In this document: piece after piece, positions 1 to 13,394 of the stretch
Numbering within the stretch: the first letter of the stretch is position 1
How the letters are laid out: the number at the start of each line of letters is the position of its first letter
Source: Lingula anatina
Lineage: Eukaryota > Animalia > Brachiopoda
Length of the DNA stretch: 64,000 bases
Reading direction: 5' to 3'
NCBI GenBank assembly: GCA_051362555.1
Contig: CM120647.1
Coordinates: 14,546,651-14,610,650, forward strand
Notes under the pieces: model-generated
What the model was told of the DNA's origin: nothing
What the model saw: the letters and a program-made list of their open reading frames with translations, nothing else
Database searches by the model: none
Translations under genes and position numbers: made by a program

Positions 1-804
1 CACTTTTATACAATCAATAGTATTAAACACTTAAATACTTTTAATATTTTCTCAGGTAAAACAACTGCATATAAAAATAAATTATTTATTTATTTAAATT
101 TTATATCACTATTATAGTACTTCACATTAATTTATTTCATTCTGTCGGTGATATTAGCCTGCTATGGCTAGTGTTGTGCTTGTTGGAAAACTGACGTGAA
201 ATAAAATTATGTTATGTTAAATAAATTATGTTATGTTAGAGCAAGTACAAAGCCTTTGGCGCGCGGGCAGAGATAATTGCTCCCACATGGGATTCCTCAA
301 CAGGGTGGGTTTAGCTGAAAATGACCATCTATCTAGCTAGAGACATATTTGTGAAAAAATAATATCTGTAAAAAATCTATCACTCACCCTGGTAGAGGGT
401 AACAACAGACGGTGGAGCTGAGTCAACCGCAGCCTTTCAGTTAAACAATCCTTGAAGTGTTCTGATTCCGTGCTTTCCACTGACCATACAGCATAAAAAA
501 ATTGCCACAGAATTCATTAAAAAGTGATTAATTTTTGACACGGCACTAACCTTGCAGTGACACAGGCACAGTGCACCGAAATAAACGCTTTCCTTACACA
601 GGAAGTGCAACAGGATTGAACGAGGAGTGTCTTGACATGTGCAATCTCTATCCGCCAGGTGGCAGCAACTCGCAAGTAAAGCTGTAGCAGTGAGAGTTTT
701 AATTAAAATTTATTTGCCCATTCTTTGTACACAGATAAGATATGTTGTGTCTCTCTTTTGTTGTCTATTTCAACTCTCTGGCTCAACCATAGTAAATACT
801 TTAA

Positions 805-1098
805 GGGATAATAACTCTTCGTATGAGATCTATATTTCACAATAAAAACATTGTGAATAACTGTTTAACCACAAAAACGGCAGTTATAGCTATTATTCTG
901 ACATCTGAGCTTGTCTTTAGACCACGTGACCACCATTGATGGCTAACAAAAAACCAAACTTTTTAGAAAAAAAAAAAAAAAAAAAAAGGGACAAACTTTG
1001 AATGTAAAAATGGAATTATTAACCATTGGTAAGTATGGGAAAATTGTTGTTTACTCCAGGAAAATTCATTTTTGGCCAAAACGAAGAGTTATTATCCC
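805..1098. mobile_element. Kolobok-like non-autonomous DNA transposon (MITE), copy 1
   Basis: TIR GGGATAATAACTCTTCG...CGAAGAGTTATTATCCC flanked by TTAA on both sides. Purine-first termini with a TTAA TSD fit Kolobok rather than piggyBac. Near-identical copies in the opposite orientation lie at 3334-3668 and 17358-17694. Confidence 0.75.
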
Positions 1099-3333
1099 TT
1101 AAAATGCACTAATGTAAATAATAATAAGTAAATAATAATAAATAAATAACTATTTTAAGATAATAAAAAAATGAAAATTATAATAAATAAATGAGATACA
1201 AGAGGTGATCTATATTTTTCTCAAAAAGTTTCTGATCAATGTTGGCAAACATTTTTAAAATTTCAATCAGCCACAATATATATTGAGTATGTAGGACAGC
1301 CTTGATCACCTGAACATGCAGCTAGGTGCGCCTGCATGCAAACATATATCACTATATACATAAATGATGTTAGACGGCCCCCCCAAAAATTTTAAAAAGT
1401 AAAATGTTCCTGATATTTCCATACTTTGCTATTTTCATATTTTTGGGAGTGGTTTAGATACAGTCCACATTTTCTAACAATTTTACACAGATTATTAATA
1501 ATGTCCCTCTGTAAAAATCTGTGGCATTAATTTGACAATTTAAAATGTGTCTATAATTTAAAAATGACACTGATATGACACCATGTGGTCACATAGTGGA
1601 CAGATGGTGCCCCCTTGTGGAGGAATGTCATTGGTTACTGCACTGAGTTTTCCGACCAAAATAAAATGTTGTTGGGATGAAAGCAATTTTCTTCCAACTC
1701 GCAATGTGTAAGTCAAATCAACTTAATAATTTAGAACAATTTATATGACTTTTGAGAATTACAGACAATTTCAGTTTAAAAACAATTCCAATGTTTGTTA
1801 TAGCCTTCATATGTAACATTTTTTTTCTTTTTTTTCACCATTACAACAAAATGTGAAAAGGATGTACAGAATGATAAATAAGGTTTCATTACATTTGTAG
1901 AAATCCACAAAATTATTTATTTTTTTTCAATTAAAAAAAAAAAATTCAATATTATACCATCCCTGCTTAATGTGCATCAATAAGAAATGCTATGGTTAGT
2001 TCTGCAGGTTTTTATTTTTTTTTTTTATTTTCTATAAACAGATCATTAATCGAAAAATTGCATTGAACACCGACCCAGTATCTGCAATTTACAAATGTAT
2101 AAAGGGCCTTGCCAAGGCTTGGCATTAGCCACACTTGAGACGCAGATGACAATAAAAGGATTTGTAGCAGACAGTCAGAATGGCTTGAACGGATGACATT
2201 CTCCAGAAAACAAGCCCAACAAACAATATCTTTATCAAAGTAGACAAATTGAAAGCTCATTTTGTAAATTTTGGGCTTAAAAAAATTCCTTTTTGCTTGG
2301 TCTGTGAGTTAATGAGCTACATGGTCAAGTGATCTCCAATCTCTTATTACAATTCAAGTTCTTTTCCTTCTATATATAACTAATACACACAAAATACATT
2401 ACAATGAATCCTAAAACAAGTCAGAGATATTAAAGCCAATTAACAGAATTAAGACATATTACAAGTGACCTTTAACATTGTTAAATTCAGACTGCTTTAA
2501 ACTTCAACTTGGAGATGAAGCCGTAAATAGTTTTTCAATCCTTTTAAACTGAAAACATCCTTTAAAACTTGGTTACAGTTCTTTCCAAAGAATAAAATGT
2601 ATTGAAAGATTCATGTAACATCATTATAATGGAGACATGTGAATAATCTTTACCAAATGTTGATTTAATTTGATTTAAATGTGGAAGTTTCTAAAATGAA
2701 GTTTGGCTGTGAAATCACCACTATGACACTTTTACCATTTGTTAATAAAGCAATTTACCAGAATAAATTGACCTTTTTTTCCTGTTCAGCATAAAGTCTA
2801 TCATGTATATATGTACAAAATATGTACAAATATGTACAAAATATCATCTAAACACCAGACTGTGGGTCCAAGTCTCATGAAAGTAATTTATTTTATCCCA
2901 GTATTATTCAACATGTTAGTATGAATTAGATCACCTTCTATTGCAATTCCTGTACTAGTGTAGTTCTATGAAGGCACTCAGATTCAGATATCATACCAGC
3001 TAAATGCATCCAACTCTGTCGGAATTCTTGCTAAAATGCAATGTATTCAGCTTAATTATCCACCACGCCCCCCCCCCCCCCCCCTCCAGCAGCAAGGGGG
3101 TAATCAACTTTCACGATCACTCAGCTTACGTAATTTCTCTTAGCTGAAATAGGAGGCATGTCAGACAATAAAGCTGATCACATCATCATTAACAAAAATC
3201 TCCACAGAGTTAGATCAATCCAGCTGGTATGATGTCTGAATCTGAATGCTCCCTATAATACAACTGTGTTCTATGTTAACTGTAATCTATCAACAATTCC
3301 ATACCATACCCTTACTATGACCTGTATATTTAA

Positions 3334-3668
3334 GGGATAATAACTCTTCATTTTGGCCAAAAAATGAATTTTCCTGGAGTAAACAATTTTCCCATACTTA
3401 CCAATGGCTAATGAATCCATTTTTACATTCAAAGTTAGTCCCTGGTTTTTTTTTCTAAAAAGTTTGGTTTTTTGTTAAAATCTCTTTAGAGATTATAACA
3501 GAGTATAGCCATCAATGGAGGTCATGTGGTCTGATGACAAGCTCAGATATCAGAATAATAGCTATAACTGCCATTTTTCTTGTACAACAGAATATATTAT
3601 ATTTCTATGAGTTGTTCACAATGTTTTTATTGTGAAATATAGATCTCATATGAAGAGTTATTATCCCT
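3334..3668. mobile_element. Kolobok-like MITE, copy 2
   Basis: Same TIR and TTAA flanks as 805-1098; the body is its reverse complement. Confidence 0.75.
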
Positions 3669-3889
3669 TTAATTGAACATTTTGGACTTTAGAGAAGAGA
3701 AATAAACCTGCTTATAGATCTGAGGCCTCCTGTTATTTCTGCCTAATGAGACTGATACAATAAATTCTGGTCTATTTCTTCTGGGAACCAAGACCACATG
3801 ACAATGTTGGTCTACCCTACAACCCACTGTTGTTAACTAAAATGATGTCTAATTTATTATTCATTGCCTTCTTTTTCAAAAATAGAAGC

Positions 3890-5388
3890 AACTAGAGGAT
3901 CAGAGGGGCGATACCGCCTCTGGATATTGTACCACCAGCTGGAGTAAGCGCATTCGGATGGAAAACCAAAAAAAAAAAAAGGGATACCACTATCAGTCTT
4001 GTGCTTGGCAAGCTCTATAAAATGCAATAAACAAGAGTTCTCAAAATATGCAAAAATGCACAAAGAACATAACTGTAAAAATGGTCCAATCAAGTGGTTT
4101 TTCCAATTCATGAACTGACCTGTATTTTCCTAACATTGATCACTCCTGTGATTTTCTAGACAATAGGCCTGATGGTTTTCCTTGAAATGTGTTATCAGTG
4201 TTGCATATATGCTAACAAAAGAAAAAAACCTAGGGGCAACACTGGGCATATCTCTCTTAGTTTTGAAGATAAGAGGGGCAAGAAAATATGCAAAGTTCAG
4301 TTCATGATAAAAAAGTAGATCAAAGGTCAATTTCAAAGTCACAGTTTATGACTTCCTTTTCAGGTTCAATACTAACTATGGATATTTCTTTGCCAATTTT
4401 ATATGACTTCCTATTCAAGTTTAATAATAACTATGGGCATAGTAATACCAGTTTTGGAGATATAAGGGGCAGAAAATTTGCAAAGTTCAGTTCATGGTGA
4501 AAAGTAGGTCAAAGTTCAATTTCAAGGTCACAGTTAGATTGCCAGTATGTGACTTCCCATTCCAGTTTAATAGTGTCTATAGTATAGTATAGTAACTGCT
4601 ACTTTTGGAGTATTTCACATTTTATCTTCTCCACTGAATATTGCTACATTGTACTTTTTGATATAGCGCAACTCTTAAACCATATAGAAAACATAAAAAT
4701 GGACTACTTTTAGTATTGCGCTTGAAAAGCTCTACAAAATGCAAAAAACAAGAGGTCTCTAGCATTTACGGTTCCAAAATTAGGGAGTTTTCAGTCTAAA
4801 CATCTAATGGCTGCTTTTCCCATGAAAATTCACCAATTGACCCCCAAACTCCCAAAAATGAAAGGAGACCCTAATTGCTTCCCTTCAATAAAAGGGAGAA
4901 TATGAGTTCTTAGGCCTGTGTAGTTTCTGAAAATTGGCACAAAAATTTATTGGGGGGAAAAATCCCACTTTTAGAAAATTTTGGCCTGTTTGACTTTCAA
5001 ATAAAGGTCAAGGGTCAAATATAAGGGCATTTTTGGAATCTCCACATGACTTTTGGTCAGACTGCTGTAGTAACTTTTCCCATATTTCCTTCAGTATATT
5101 TAGCATTGAATTTTCAAAAATTTTGACAAGGGTGCCTTTCAACGAGCATCACAACAAGGTGAATGCACTCAATGAGACAAAAAAATCCAGAGGGCTCAAG
5201 TTGAGATTATATGTGACCTAAATCCAAGAGATGGGCACACAGGCCCTTGCCATCTATGAAGAGAAACAGTAACAAAGACTTGTATCCCATGCCACCCTGC
5301 TGAGCCAGTAGAGCTCACGGAGCCGGCGGAGCAGTACGATACGGGCCGGGACTAAAACCGTGAGTACCGCTGGTGGTACTAATAAAAC
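3890..5388 (-). mobile_element. Helentron-associated non-autonomous element (HINE), copy A
   Basis: On the minus strand: 5' subTIR plus short inverted repeat (TAGTACCACCAGCGGTAC), about 2.5 degenerate 146-bp units, 3' subTIR GCTGGTGGTACAA, palindrome GAGGCGGTATCGCCCC and a CTAG|TT end. Homologous to 33132-35910. Confidence 0.75.
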
Positions 5389-8304
5389 TTCCTCCTGCGT
5401 TTCTCCTTGACAACCAAATTCTCTTCATTTTGCTCCAGTTTTCTTCTCGGTACAGATCTTTTAAGAGCCTCATAAGCATTTCCAGTGTCACGTAGTTCAA
5501 CAAGGTACTTAAGCACTTTGTTGAGAGGAAGTATACTGGTTTGACCACTTCGTAATCTGAAAGAAAATACCGATATGTTGAACAAACACATGGTATGTAG
5601 CCAGAACTTCCAACAGGCAAAAATTATCAAACATTTAGATACATAATTCTATAATAACAAAAAGTATATTCCTATATATGGCATTTGTGGTGCTTTTACT
5701 GTTCAGAATAAAAGAGTAGCCTGCTTTTTTAATTTTGTTGTTACCATTCAATCTATAGGAATGTTCTAACATCAAGAAATAATCACTAAAAATACACATT
5801 CTATAAAATTCACAAATATTTTCCCATTTAAAAGATTTAGCAATTATCGTACAATATCATTCTGTCCAAATGCCATTAATACTGTGACCAACATATGATT
5901 CTACTGTAATTACTAAATAGCTTATTGGTTGGTTTTAATCAAAAATAATGAAATAACTGGAGGATCAAAGAGGAGATACTGCCTCTGGGTATTGTACCAC
6001 TAACTGGAGTAAGCGCATTCATATGAAAAAAAAAGGGACACCACCTCCAATGCTGTGCTTCATAAGTTCTACAAAATACAGTAAACAAGAGTTTTCAATT
6101 TTTTTAAAGAAATTACAATTTATGACAAATTCGTGGGGAAAAGGTCAAATCTAAGGCTGCATTAAGATTATAAATGAAGGACTCCCATCCAAGTTCAATA
6201 AGAAATATTAGACATTGGAAATTTGCAAAGTCTGGCTCATGGTGAAAAGTAGGTCAAATGTCAATTTCAAGGTCACAAATAGATTGCCAGTATACGACTT
6301 CCTACTCAAGTTCAATAGTAACTATGGGCATATTTCTGTAAGTTTTGGAGATATAATGGAAGGAAAATTTGCAAAGTTCAGTTTATGGTGACATGTAGGT
6401 CAAAGGCTAATTTCAAGGTCAGAGTTTGATTGCTGGTATATGCCTTTCCATTCAAGTTCAATGGTTACTATAGGTGTAACGAGTATTTGACATTTTATTT
6501 TCACCCCTGAATATTGTGACATTGTACTTTTTGATATAGCGCAACTATTAAACTGTATGGAAAACAAAAACAAACAAACAAAAAAAAAAAAATGTCACCA
6601 CTTCCAGTATTGTGCTTGACAAGCTCTATAAACTGCAACAAAGAAGAGTTATCTAGCTTTTATGGTTTTAGAATTAGAGAGTTTTTAGTTTCGGCCTCTA
6701 TTAATGGCTGCTTTTTCTGTGATGATGCACCGATTGACCCTAAACTCACGAAAGTGAAAGATGACCCTCAGTGTTTAAGACTTGAAAACTTGCCCATAAC
6801 ATTTTGCCAAGCCTACACCAGTGCACCTACAAAGCCCAAAATTTAGGGTTCAGATTATAAGTGACCTAAATCTACACCAGTCTAGGAGGAGGAGCTGTAA
6901 TGGTGATGTACATAGCGGCAGAGCCAGCAGACGAGATAGGCCAGGACAAAAATAATGTGTACCAATCTCCCTTAGTATAATAATACCCCCTTTACACTGG
7001 ACGGCGTCCTTTCTGCGACCATAAAATTTGGCATCGCTGTGGTCTAAATAAGGAGGCACGGGCATCAATTTTGTATCAGAATGAATGCTCAATGATCGGC
7101 CAGTTGTCGGGACGTACAGCATTATAATTTTTTAACTCTCAAATGGGGCCGTACTACTGGACGCAGAAAGGACGCCGTCCAGTGTAAAGGGGGCTTAACT
7201 GGATGAATCAAAACTTGGTTAAAGGGTAACAATGGTACACTGACGAAGTGATACAACTTACTTGTACTGGTCTATAGGCAGTTTAACACTGGCCACGCCT
7301 CTGTTCTGAGCTTTTCGCTGAGACAATTTCTTTGAGACGTTCTTGTCAACCAGTCCACCAATCACATACACAGCATTGGGATCAAACTCTGTGAGATAGT
7401 CTGTAGCATCAGGAGAAAGGTAAACCAAGCTCTTTCGAGGGTACAGGTCAACCATATCCCGACCAGTGACAGACCACATCCAAGATGGCTGCAGTATTCC
7501 TTTCTGTACACCTATAGAATAGGTGCTCTCAGAGTCTGATGAAGCATGGCAGAGCATTAAGTTAAATGGGTCCCTGCTCTCCCTGTTATCATGATAAATA
7601 TAACCAAGTTGAATACTTAAGGCTTTTTTCTCTTCATGAGTCATCAGTGAATCATAGCCCAAGTCAATCAGGAGGGGTTGGTGATACATCATGGCATTCA
7701 TGAGATGCATATTTTGATAATGGACAAGGGTGTTCAAAAGCGACTTTCTACATACGATATTACGATAATCATATAAACTATCGTATTCAGTAAGTTTCTT
7801 GGGTTCTTCCTTCTTCATTGCCTTTTCTTCTTTAGCTAAAGCACGCACTGCTAAGTGTTCCCATCTTTTCTGTCTTTTCTTTTTTGAGAGTTTTGTCATT
7901 TCTAACAACACCTTATCAGTGACCTTGTCTGGAACTAGCCAACCAGAGCCTTTCATTAGAATGTATTCAGCTCGAACAATACCAAGTAACTCTGGGTCTA
8001 TTTTCGATAGTTCTTCTGTTGCTTCTTCCTCTGTTAGTGGACTCCTGACGTGCAAACTAAGGTCATCAGGCAAAAAATGATCCTGTCCTCCATAGAATGC
8101 TCTGACTGAGAGTGTGAGGGGGTTAGTGGGTGAGAAGGAGGAGCGATAGATACCATCTATCTGTCTTTGTCCTTTCACAAAAGTCAATCTTCTGTGCTGA
8201 CCCAAATTCAAAAACCATCCACAACGACGAGGGACAGCTTGATTTTGAAAACCAAGGGCACACAGGGACCAGGTGCCTGGTGAGCTGCTGACCATCTTCA
8301 TCAT
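5379..8304 (-). CDS. TRMT10C: tRNA methyltransferase 10 homolog C (mitochondrial RNase P protein 1)
   Basis: Coding exons 8304-7262 and 5556-5379, joined by a phase-2 GT-AG intron (AA|A = K). N-terminus resembles a mitochondrial presequence. SPOUT Trm10 motifs: QPLLIDLGY, NRESRDPFNL, LVYLSPDA, VYVIGGLVDK, KLPIDQY, LPLNKV...VPRRK. Probable 5'UTR acceptor at 8343-8345 and an upstream donor at 8991-8996. Confidence 0.9.
5620..5890. repeat. Degenerate dispersed repeat fragment, related to ~55645-55890
   Basis: Shared string TTTGTGGTGCTT..TACT...GA(G/A)TAGC.TG.TTTT.AATTTTGT.G..ACCATTCAA at both loci. Confidence 0.45.
5954..6982 (-). mobile_element. HINE copy B (degenerate), in TRMT10C intron
   Basis: Same 3' end (plus strand ACTGGAGGATCAAAGAGGAGATACTGCCTC...TTGTACCAC), about 2.5 repeat units, and the conserved body shared with copies A and C. 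Confidence 0.7.
6984..7195. mobile_element. PIF/Harbinger-type MITE
   Basis: ~30-bp perfect TIR CCCCCTTTACACTGGACGGCGTCCTTTCTGCG / CGCAGAAAGGACGCCGTCCAGTGTAAAGGGGG, with TAA on both flanks. Confidence 0.7.
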
Positions 8305-9060
8305 ATTGCTGGTAAACTTTTAGTCACACTGTTTGTATTTATCTGGAAAGAAATAATAAATGAAAGGAAATTACTAGTAATACTCAAAGCTTTTAAGCAC
8401 TGTTATACATATAAGTTTATAGCAACATCATTGTACAATTATGCCTAATATTTTTTTCCAACAACTAAAAATTAACACTCTTGTTTGGCTTAAATTATGC
8501 TTAATAATTTTTACGTTAAAAATTCTAATTTACACCTCATCTGTCCTGATTTGTCTATATCCTTCAAGACATTTAGGTGAAACAGGAGTTTATGCAAAAC
8601 CAGATATATAGTGGCATATTTACTAGTACAAAAGCCTGTTAAAAGAAATCATCCAGGTAATAGCTGACACAAGTCAAGCACTGTCTTTCAATCTTCTGCT
8701 GTAAGTACCCGATCACAGAAAACGATCTGCAGTTATATTAAGGCAGCTTTTATCTCTTAACCAGGTGTGCAGCAGCTAATTACAAAGGCATGTAAAGGAA
8801 ATCAACGTAAATATTACTCTGTGGAAATTCCAAGTTTCTATGGAAAAAATGTGCAGCTTTCGTTGCCCTTTAGACCAGGGATAGTTTATACTTTTTTGAA
8901 AGTTGTAGTGCCTGGCTGTGGGAGACCCTGGCCTTGACAATTTGAGTGAAACACTCGCACAATAAGTGAGCGTTCCGGGAAAATTAACATACTCACATTC
9001 ATTCATTCACACGTGGTTCACTGTCAATATCCACTGCCTCGTGTTTGAACAAGTCGAATG

Positions 9061-9100
9061 GGCGGAAATGACGTCTGTACCGGAAGTACCGCCGGAAGTA
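9061..9100. promoter_or_regulatory. Probable TRMT10C promoter with tandem ETS/GABP sites
   Basis: GGCGGAAAT, TGACGTC and two CCGGAAGT motifs lie just upstream of the inferred 5'UTR exon, as is typical of housekeeping and nuclear-encoded mitochondrial gene promoters. Confidence 0.55.
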
Positions 9101-10334
9101 GTATTAGAAATAAACCTTCTTCTCGCAGAGGTGACCACTGAGACCCTCAGTCGCCCTCTGGGGCCATCTATTAAGTCGAATATAGTGATCTGTCTGTTTT
9201 ATGTGAGTTAATTACTCATACCGATCAGTTCCAATGTGGGGAAGTGCTGGGATATGCTATGGCTACCCACAATTATCAAAGAAAAGGTTGAACAATATAA
9301 AGATTAAAGCGAATAAATGCTGGAACGCCTTTATTAATAGCTTTAATTAACTGTGCTGTCAATATTAACATGATAACAAAGTGATTTAAAGCGAATTGTG
9401 TGATTTGAAAGAAATGAAGTAAGAAAATAGGTGATCTTTTTGATACAACATTTCATGAATGCAGCAAAGTCCCGTTTATAGGGACCGATGTACGTCAAGT
9501 TGATTTCTCTCCCCCCCCCCCCCCCCCCCCCCGATGTACGTCAAGTTGATCTCTCCCCCCCCCCCCCCCCCTCCACACACACACAACTTACAGCACAGCC
9601 TGCACACATGGTTTCCGGAGACAACTGTTTGATGGGAAGATATCCCCTGATATCCAAGGAATGAATAAACAGCTAAAACAGCAGGTTGGTGTATTTAAGA
9701 AAGCTCAGCCAGCTGACAGCTATAGAAAACTCGATCCACCCTCCAGTGTTTTAACAAACAGAGTCCAAAATTCAACGCCAAAAGACGGAATTTAAAACCC
9801 TTTCTGACCTTCTACTTGTTACCTGGACGTAATTTAAGCATACTTTCAAAACTTTATGGGAATTAATCAAGTCTCTACAAAATTTAATTCTGCTTGTCCA
9901 GTTGGACCAGACGCTTTATACTAGGAAAATATTACTGATATAATTTAAGTGACATATATACAGTATATATGGGCGTCAGGCCAGTGGTTTGTGTCCAATG
10001 AAACTGCATGGTTGCCGTTGATAACGTTAAATCCCGCAGTGTTTAATGTCCCATAAAGTCCTTAATCAAGATCCTATATATAGAGTCCGATAGTCCTATG
10101 TGGGACATCTAACTGGAATTTTTCGGAAGGGCTTTCCCTGTCCCTTCGACAATATTTGCGGAAACTCATACAGGGTGTAATACGTATATGTTCCATATGC
10201 TTTACATAATTTCATGCTGTAGAACGTATCAAACAAACGTCTTAGACAATCTTATCTGGTAGAACGATACCCAATCAGTCAGTCGTTATCAGACGGTTGT
10301 TCACAGTTAATGAATATTGCAAAGTCGTGACTAA

Positions 10335-10746
10335 GGGCGCATTCCCGTAGATTTTAGATCGATCTATCCCCGTGGGGAGTCTCATTAGATTACTGTCAGA
10401 TAATCCGGCTTAAATGTCCGTTCCGCCTACCACAAGCTGTAAGGGGGTAATTAACTTTCGTGCCCGCTCGGCTTACAGCTATTTAGCGTGAACCCCCAGG
10501 GAGTTAGGTCGATCTAAAGTAGATCGATCTAATCTCTGGGAATGGGGTCTTAGATCGATCTTACTAGATCGACCTAACTCCCTGGGGGATCACACTAAAT
10601 TGTAGTCAGCCGACCGCGCACGGAAGTTAATAACCCCCTTACAGCTTGTAGTAGGCGGGACGGACATTTAAGCCGGATTATCTAACAATAATCTAGTGAG
10701 ACTCCCCACGGGGATAGATCGATCTAAAAGCTCTGGGAATACGCCC
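10335..10746. mobile_element. Harbinger-type MITE dimer forming a ~410-bp palindrome
   Basis: TAA|GGGCGCATTCCC...GGGAATACGCCC|TAA. The left half is the reverse complement of the monomer at 47865-48080, and the right half is an inverted second copy. Confidence 0.75.
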
Positions 10747-11482
10747 TAAATCTGTGGGAATGCCCTCTAATTTACACGCTGTGAGTTTAAGATCTGGAGA
10801 TATTAATTAATACCTGTAATACGGTCGGTGGTTGTAGTGGTAAAGGAATTTTATCAATCTTATCAAACTGTGCATTGAAACATCAAGCAAAAGGGTCATG
10901 AAGGAATACTTGGGAATTAGACATTAAAAACCAGCAGGGTAGCTTGGCTGTGATATGATAACTACATGTACACTCAGTACTAGTGTGAACATATTCGCGC
11001 GCTATTCCCATTGGTTTAGGACACTTTCCAAACAATTAAGGGTCTCTCTTTCACTTTTGTTGTAGCGGACTGTTGAAGAGGAAAGCAATTTGCTGGTACA
11101 TTGTAGGCCTACATGTACCTGTGTATGTGTACGTGTATACTGTAAACGAGATACTGGTGCGGATTGTCCTCCTAACCACCCGCATTATTTGAGTGACAGT
11201 ATTGCAACCAGCTGGTGAGAGAGAGGTAAGTCACAGTATGTAAGGACGACTATGTCGCTTGTTTATCAAGTGAACTACTAAACAGAGTCCCGAAGTTTTG
11301 TATAATGCTAGAGCCGGAAAATAATTTAAAGACAACACTTGGTTTCGTCTTGGGCTGCGTTTTCAGTCCGGTGGTTTAATTAATGTTTAACTATTGAATA
11401 GCGTCACGTGAACCTTCATAAATTTAACTTTAGTCAGACTAGTATCGTGCAGAGAACTTGAACAGATTGAGATAGGCCTATT

Positions 11483-11701
11483 CAGACGGCTGATCCGAGA
11501 CTGACGAAGGTCCTGCAAAACCCAGCCTCACCATGCATGCTCGTAGTTTAGAGGTTTCTAACGGACCGCCCCTTTTTGCCTGGAAAAGGTATACGCTCTG
11601 GGTAAAATTTTATCTAGGTACACGAGGGGTTCATGTGAAAAGTCCACTCTTTCAGAAATACCCCCCCCCCCCTTTTTGAAATTAGCCTACAGGCCAGTCT
11701 G
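11483..11701. mobile_element. CAG...CTG MITE with approximate 5-bp TSD (hAT5-like)
   Basis: CTATT|CAGACGG...CAGTCTG|CTTTT; TSD has one mismatch. Confidence 0.4.
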
Positions 11702-11705
11702 CTTT

Positions 11706-11753
<48 letters not shown>

Positions 11754-12299
11754 CCGGACAAGGAGCACAGTACGTTTTCCCACCGTTTAGCAATACACGT
11801 ATAGCGGATATAGATAAACGTAAGCTAATTATAGCATACAAACCATATTATAAATACGAGCCGGGTGTTATTATGAAAACATCACACAGGAACCGGTATC
11901 TTCATTTTACAGTTCGTGGTTTTACTGGGACACCCTGTGTTTTGAGGTCTATTCCGAATCCGTCTTTTTCATCTCTCTTCCCGCGCCCTTTTTCGTTGAA
12001 AACTCTGGCATTTTGTTCGTGTGATTTTGTCTCTTACACACTTAAAATAAGCTTACTTGCCCACTTATGTCCCGATTTGATGTGCCTTTCGATGCACACT
12101 AAAATCGGTCGAATCAGGGCATAAGTCGGTAAGTAATTAATTCCTAAAGATAAAAATTAAGGCACTCATTTTGACATCAAGTGGTCTAATAATTTTAGTG
12201 ATGAAGTACATTTGGCAGGATTTAACATGTAATTACGCTACAGGTTTTCCCTCCCTTTGACAATTAATTATGCCAGTTTACTTCCTGCTGTTTAATACA

Positions 12300-12665
12300 A
12301 GGTATACGGTCAGACATTTTTTTATGAAAAATCGAATTTTCCTCCAAAACATTAATTTTCTTCCCCTTCACAAACCATTGTTTGGTCCCTAGCTCACCAA
12401 TACCGATCCCTGCACTTGCATTCAATGGCTTATACAGTCTCTAATTAACTTAATAAGTTACGAGTCGTTCTAAATGACTGTCCAGCCATTCTTGGGCCTT
12501 TCAGCCGCCATGTCCTCCTTTACATTTCAGAAGGAACTATCAACATCAGCTGCTTTTATTTGCGAGATTTAATTGGGAAAAGTAACTTGCAGATTACAGG
12601 ATATAGTACATGTATGTAGACATATTAAATATGACTTTTGGGGCATTTTTAAACGCGTACAGTAT
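12300..12665. repeat. Degenerate dispersed repeat with an inverted relative at ~19464-19730
   Basis: ATCCCTGCACTTG and ATATGACTTT.GGGCATTTT..AA are reverse-complemented in TXNDC5 intron 1. Confidence 0.45.
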
Positions 12666-12734
12666 GCCATTGGCCGCTGAAACTCAGGGTGCTGACAAAA
12701 AATGAACAGACACGCTACGCTGAAGATAGTGATT

Positions 12735-12851
12735 AGTTTTCAGTAACCTCTTCAAGGCGGGGTGGGAGATATAGCTTATAGTTTTCAGTAACCTCTTCAA
12801 GGCGGGGTGGAAGATATAGCTTAAGTTTTCAGTAACCTCTTCAACGCGGGG
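12735..12851. repeat. ~45-bp tandem repeat, about 2.6 copies
   Basis: AGTTTTCAGTAACCTCTTCAA(G/C)GCGGGG occurs three times. Confidence 0.85.
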
Positions 12852-13394
12852 AGACACAGCAGGATGTGGTAGAGTTTTATTCTGGTTGGAAAATCAGAAA
12901 AAAAAAAACGTTGGCAAATACTGCGTACTTCCCAACAACATGACTATAGCTAATTAATGTCAGTATCATTTATAATATCGATCGCTGAACTAAACTTATA
13001 TTGTTCATCTTTATGCATCATTGATGATGTCAGGAGAGAATATGGAATCTGACGAATGGAATGATTAAATGTTGTTAGCTAACATCGTGTGATCGTAAAT
13101 GAATAAAACATCCAGGTTCCTAAATTTCAAGGATGCTCAATGTTACATGAATTCGATTCGCTTCTGTCTGCGTTGCAGGTTTTTCTATTCTGCGTTACCA
13201 CTGATACAGCACTGAGTGTGCCAGCATAATGTCGAGGAGTACACTTTTGTAACGAAAAAAAAAAAGACGATGAAAGTTTGCTGAAATCATACATTAACCA
13301 GCATTGTTTACAGATAGCAGACGGCAGTTGATTCGCAGCAGACGATCGTACAAAGCAGGACGAAATAACTGCGGGAAAACATATTGATATAGAC

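Noticed and set aside
388-500. First coding exon of a minus-strand gene leaving the window
   Set aside because: ATG frames close quickly, and the apparent donor lies in a transposon terminus (CCCTGGTAGAGGG).
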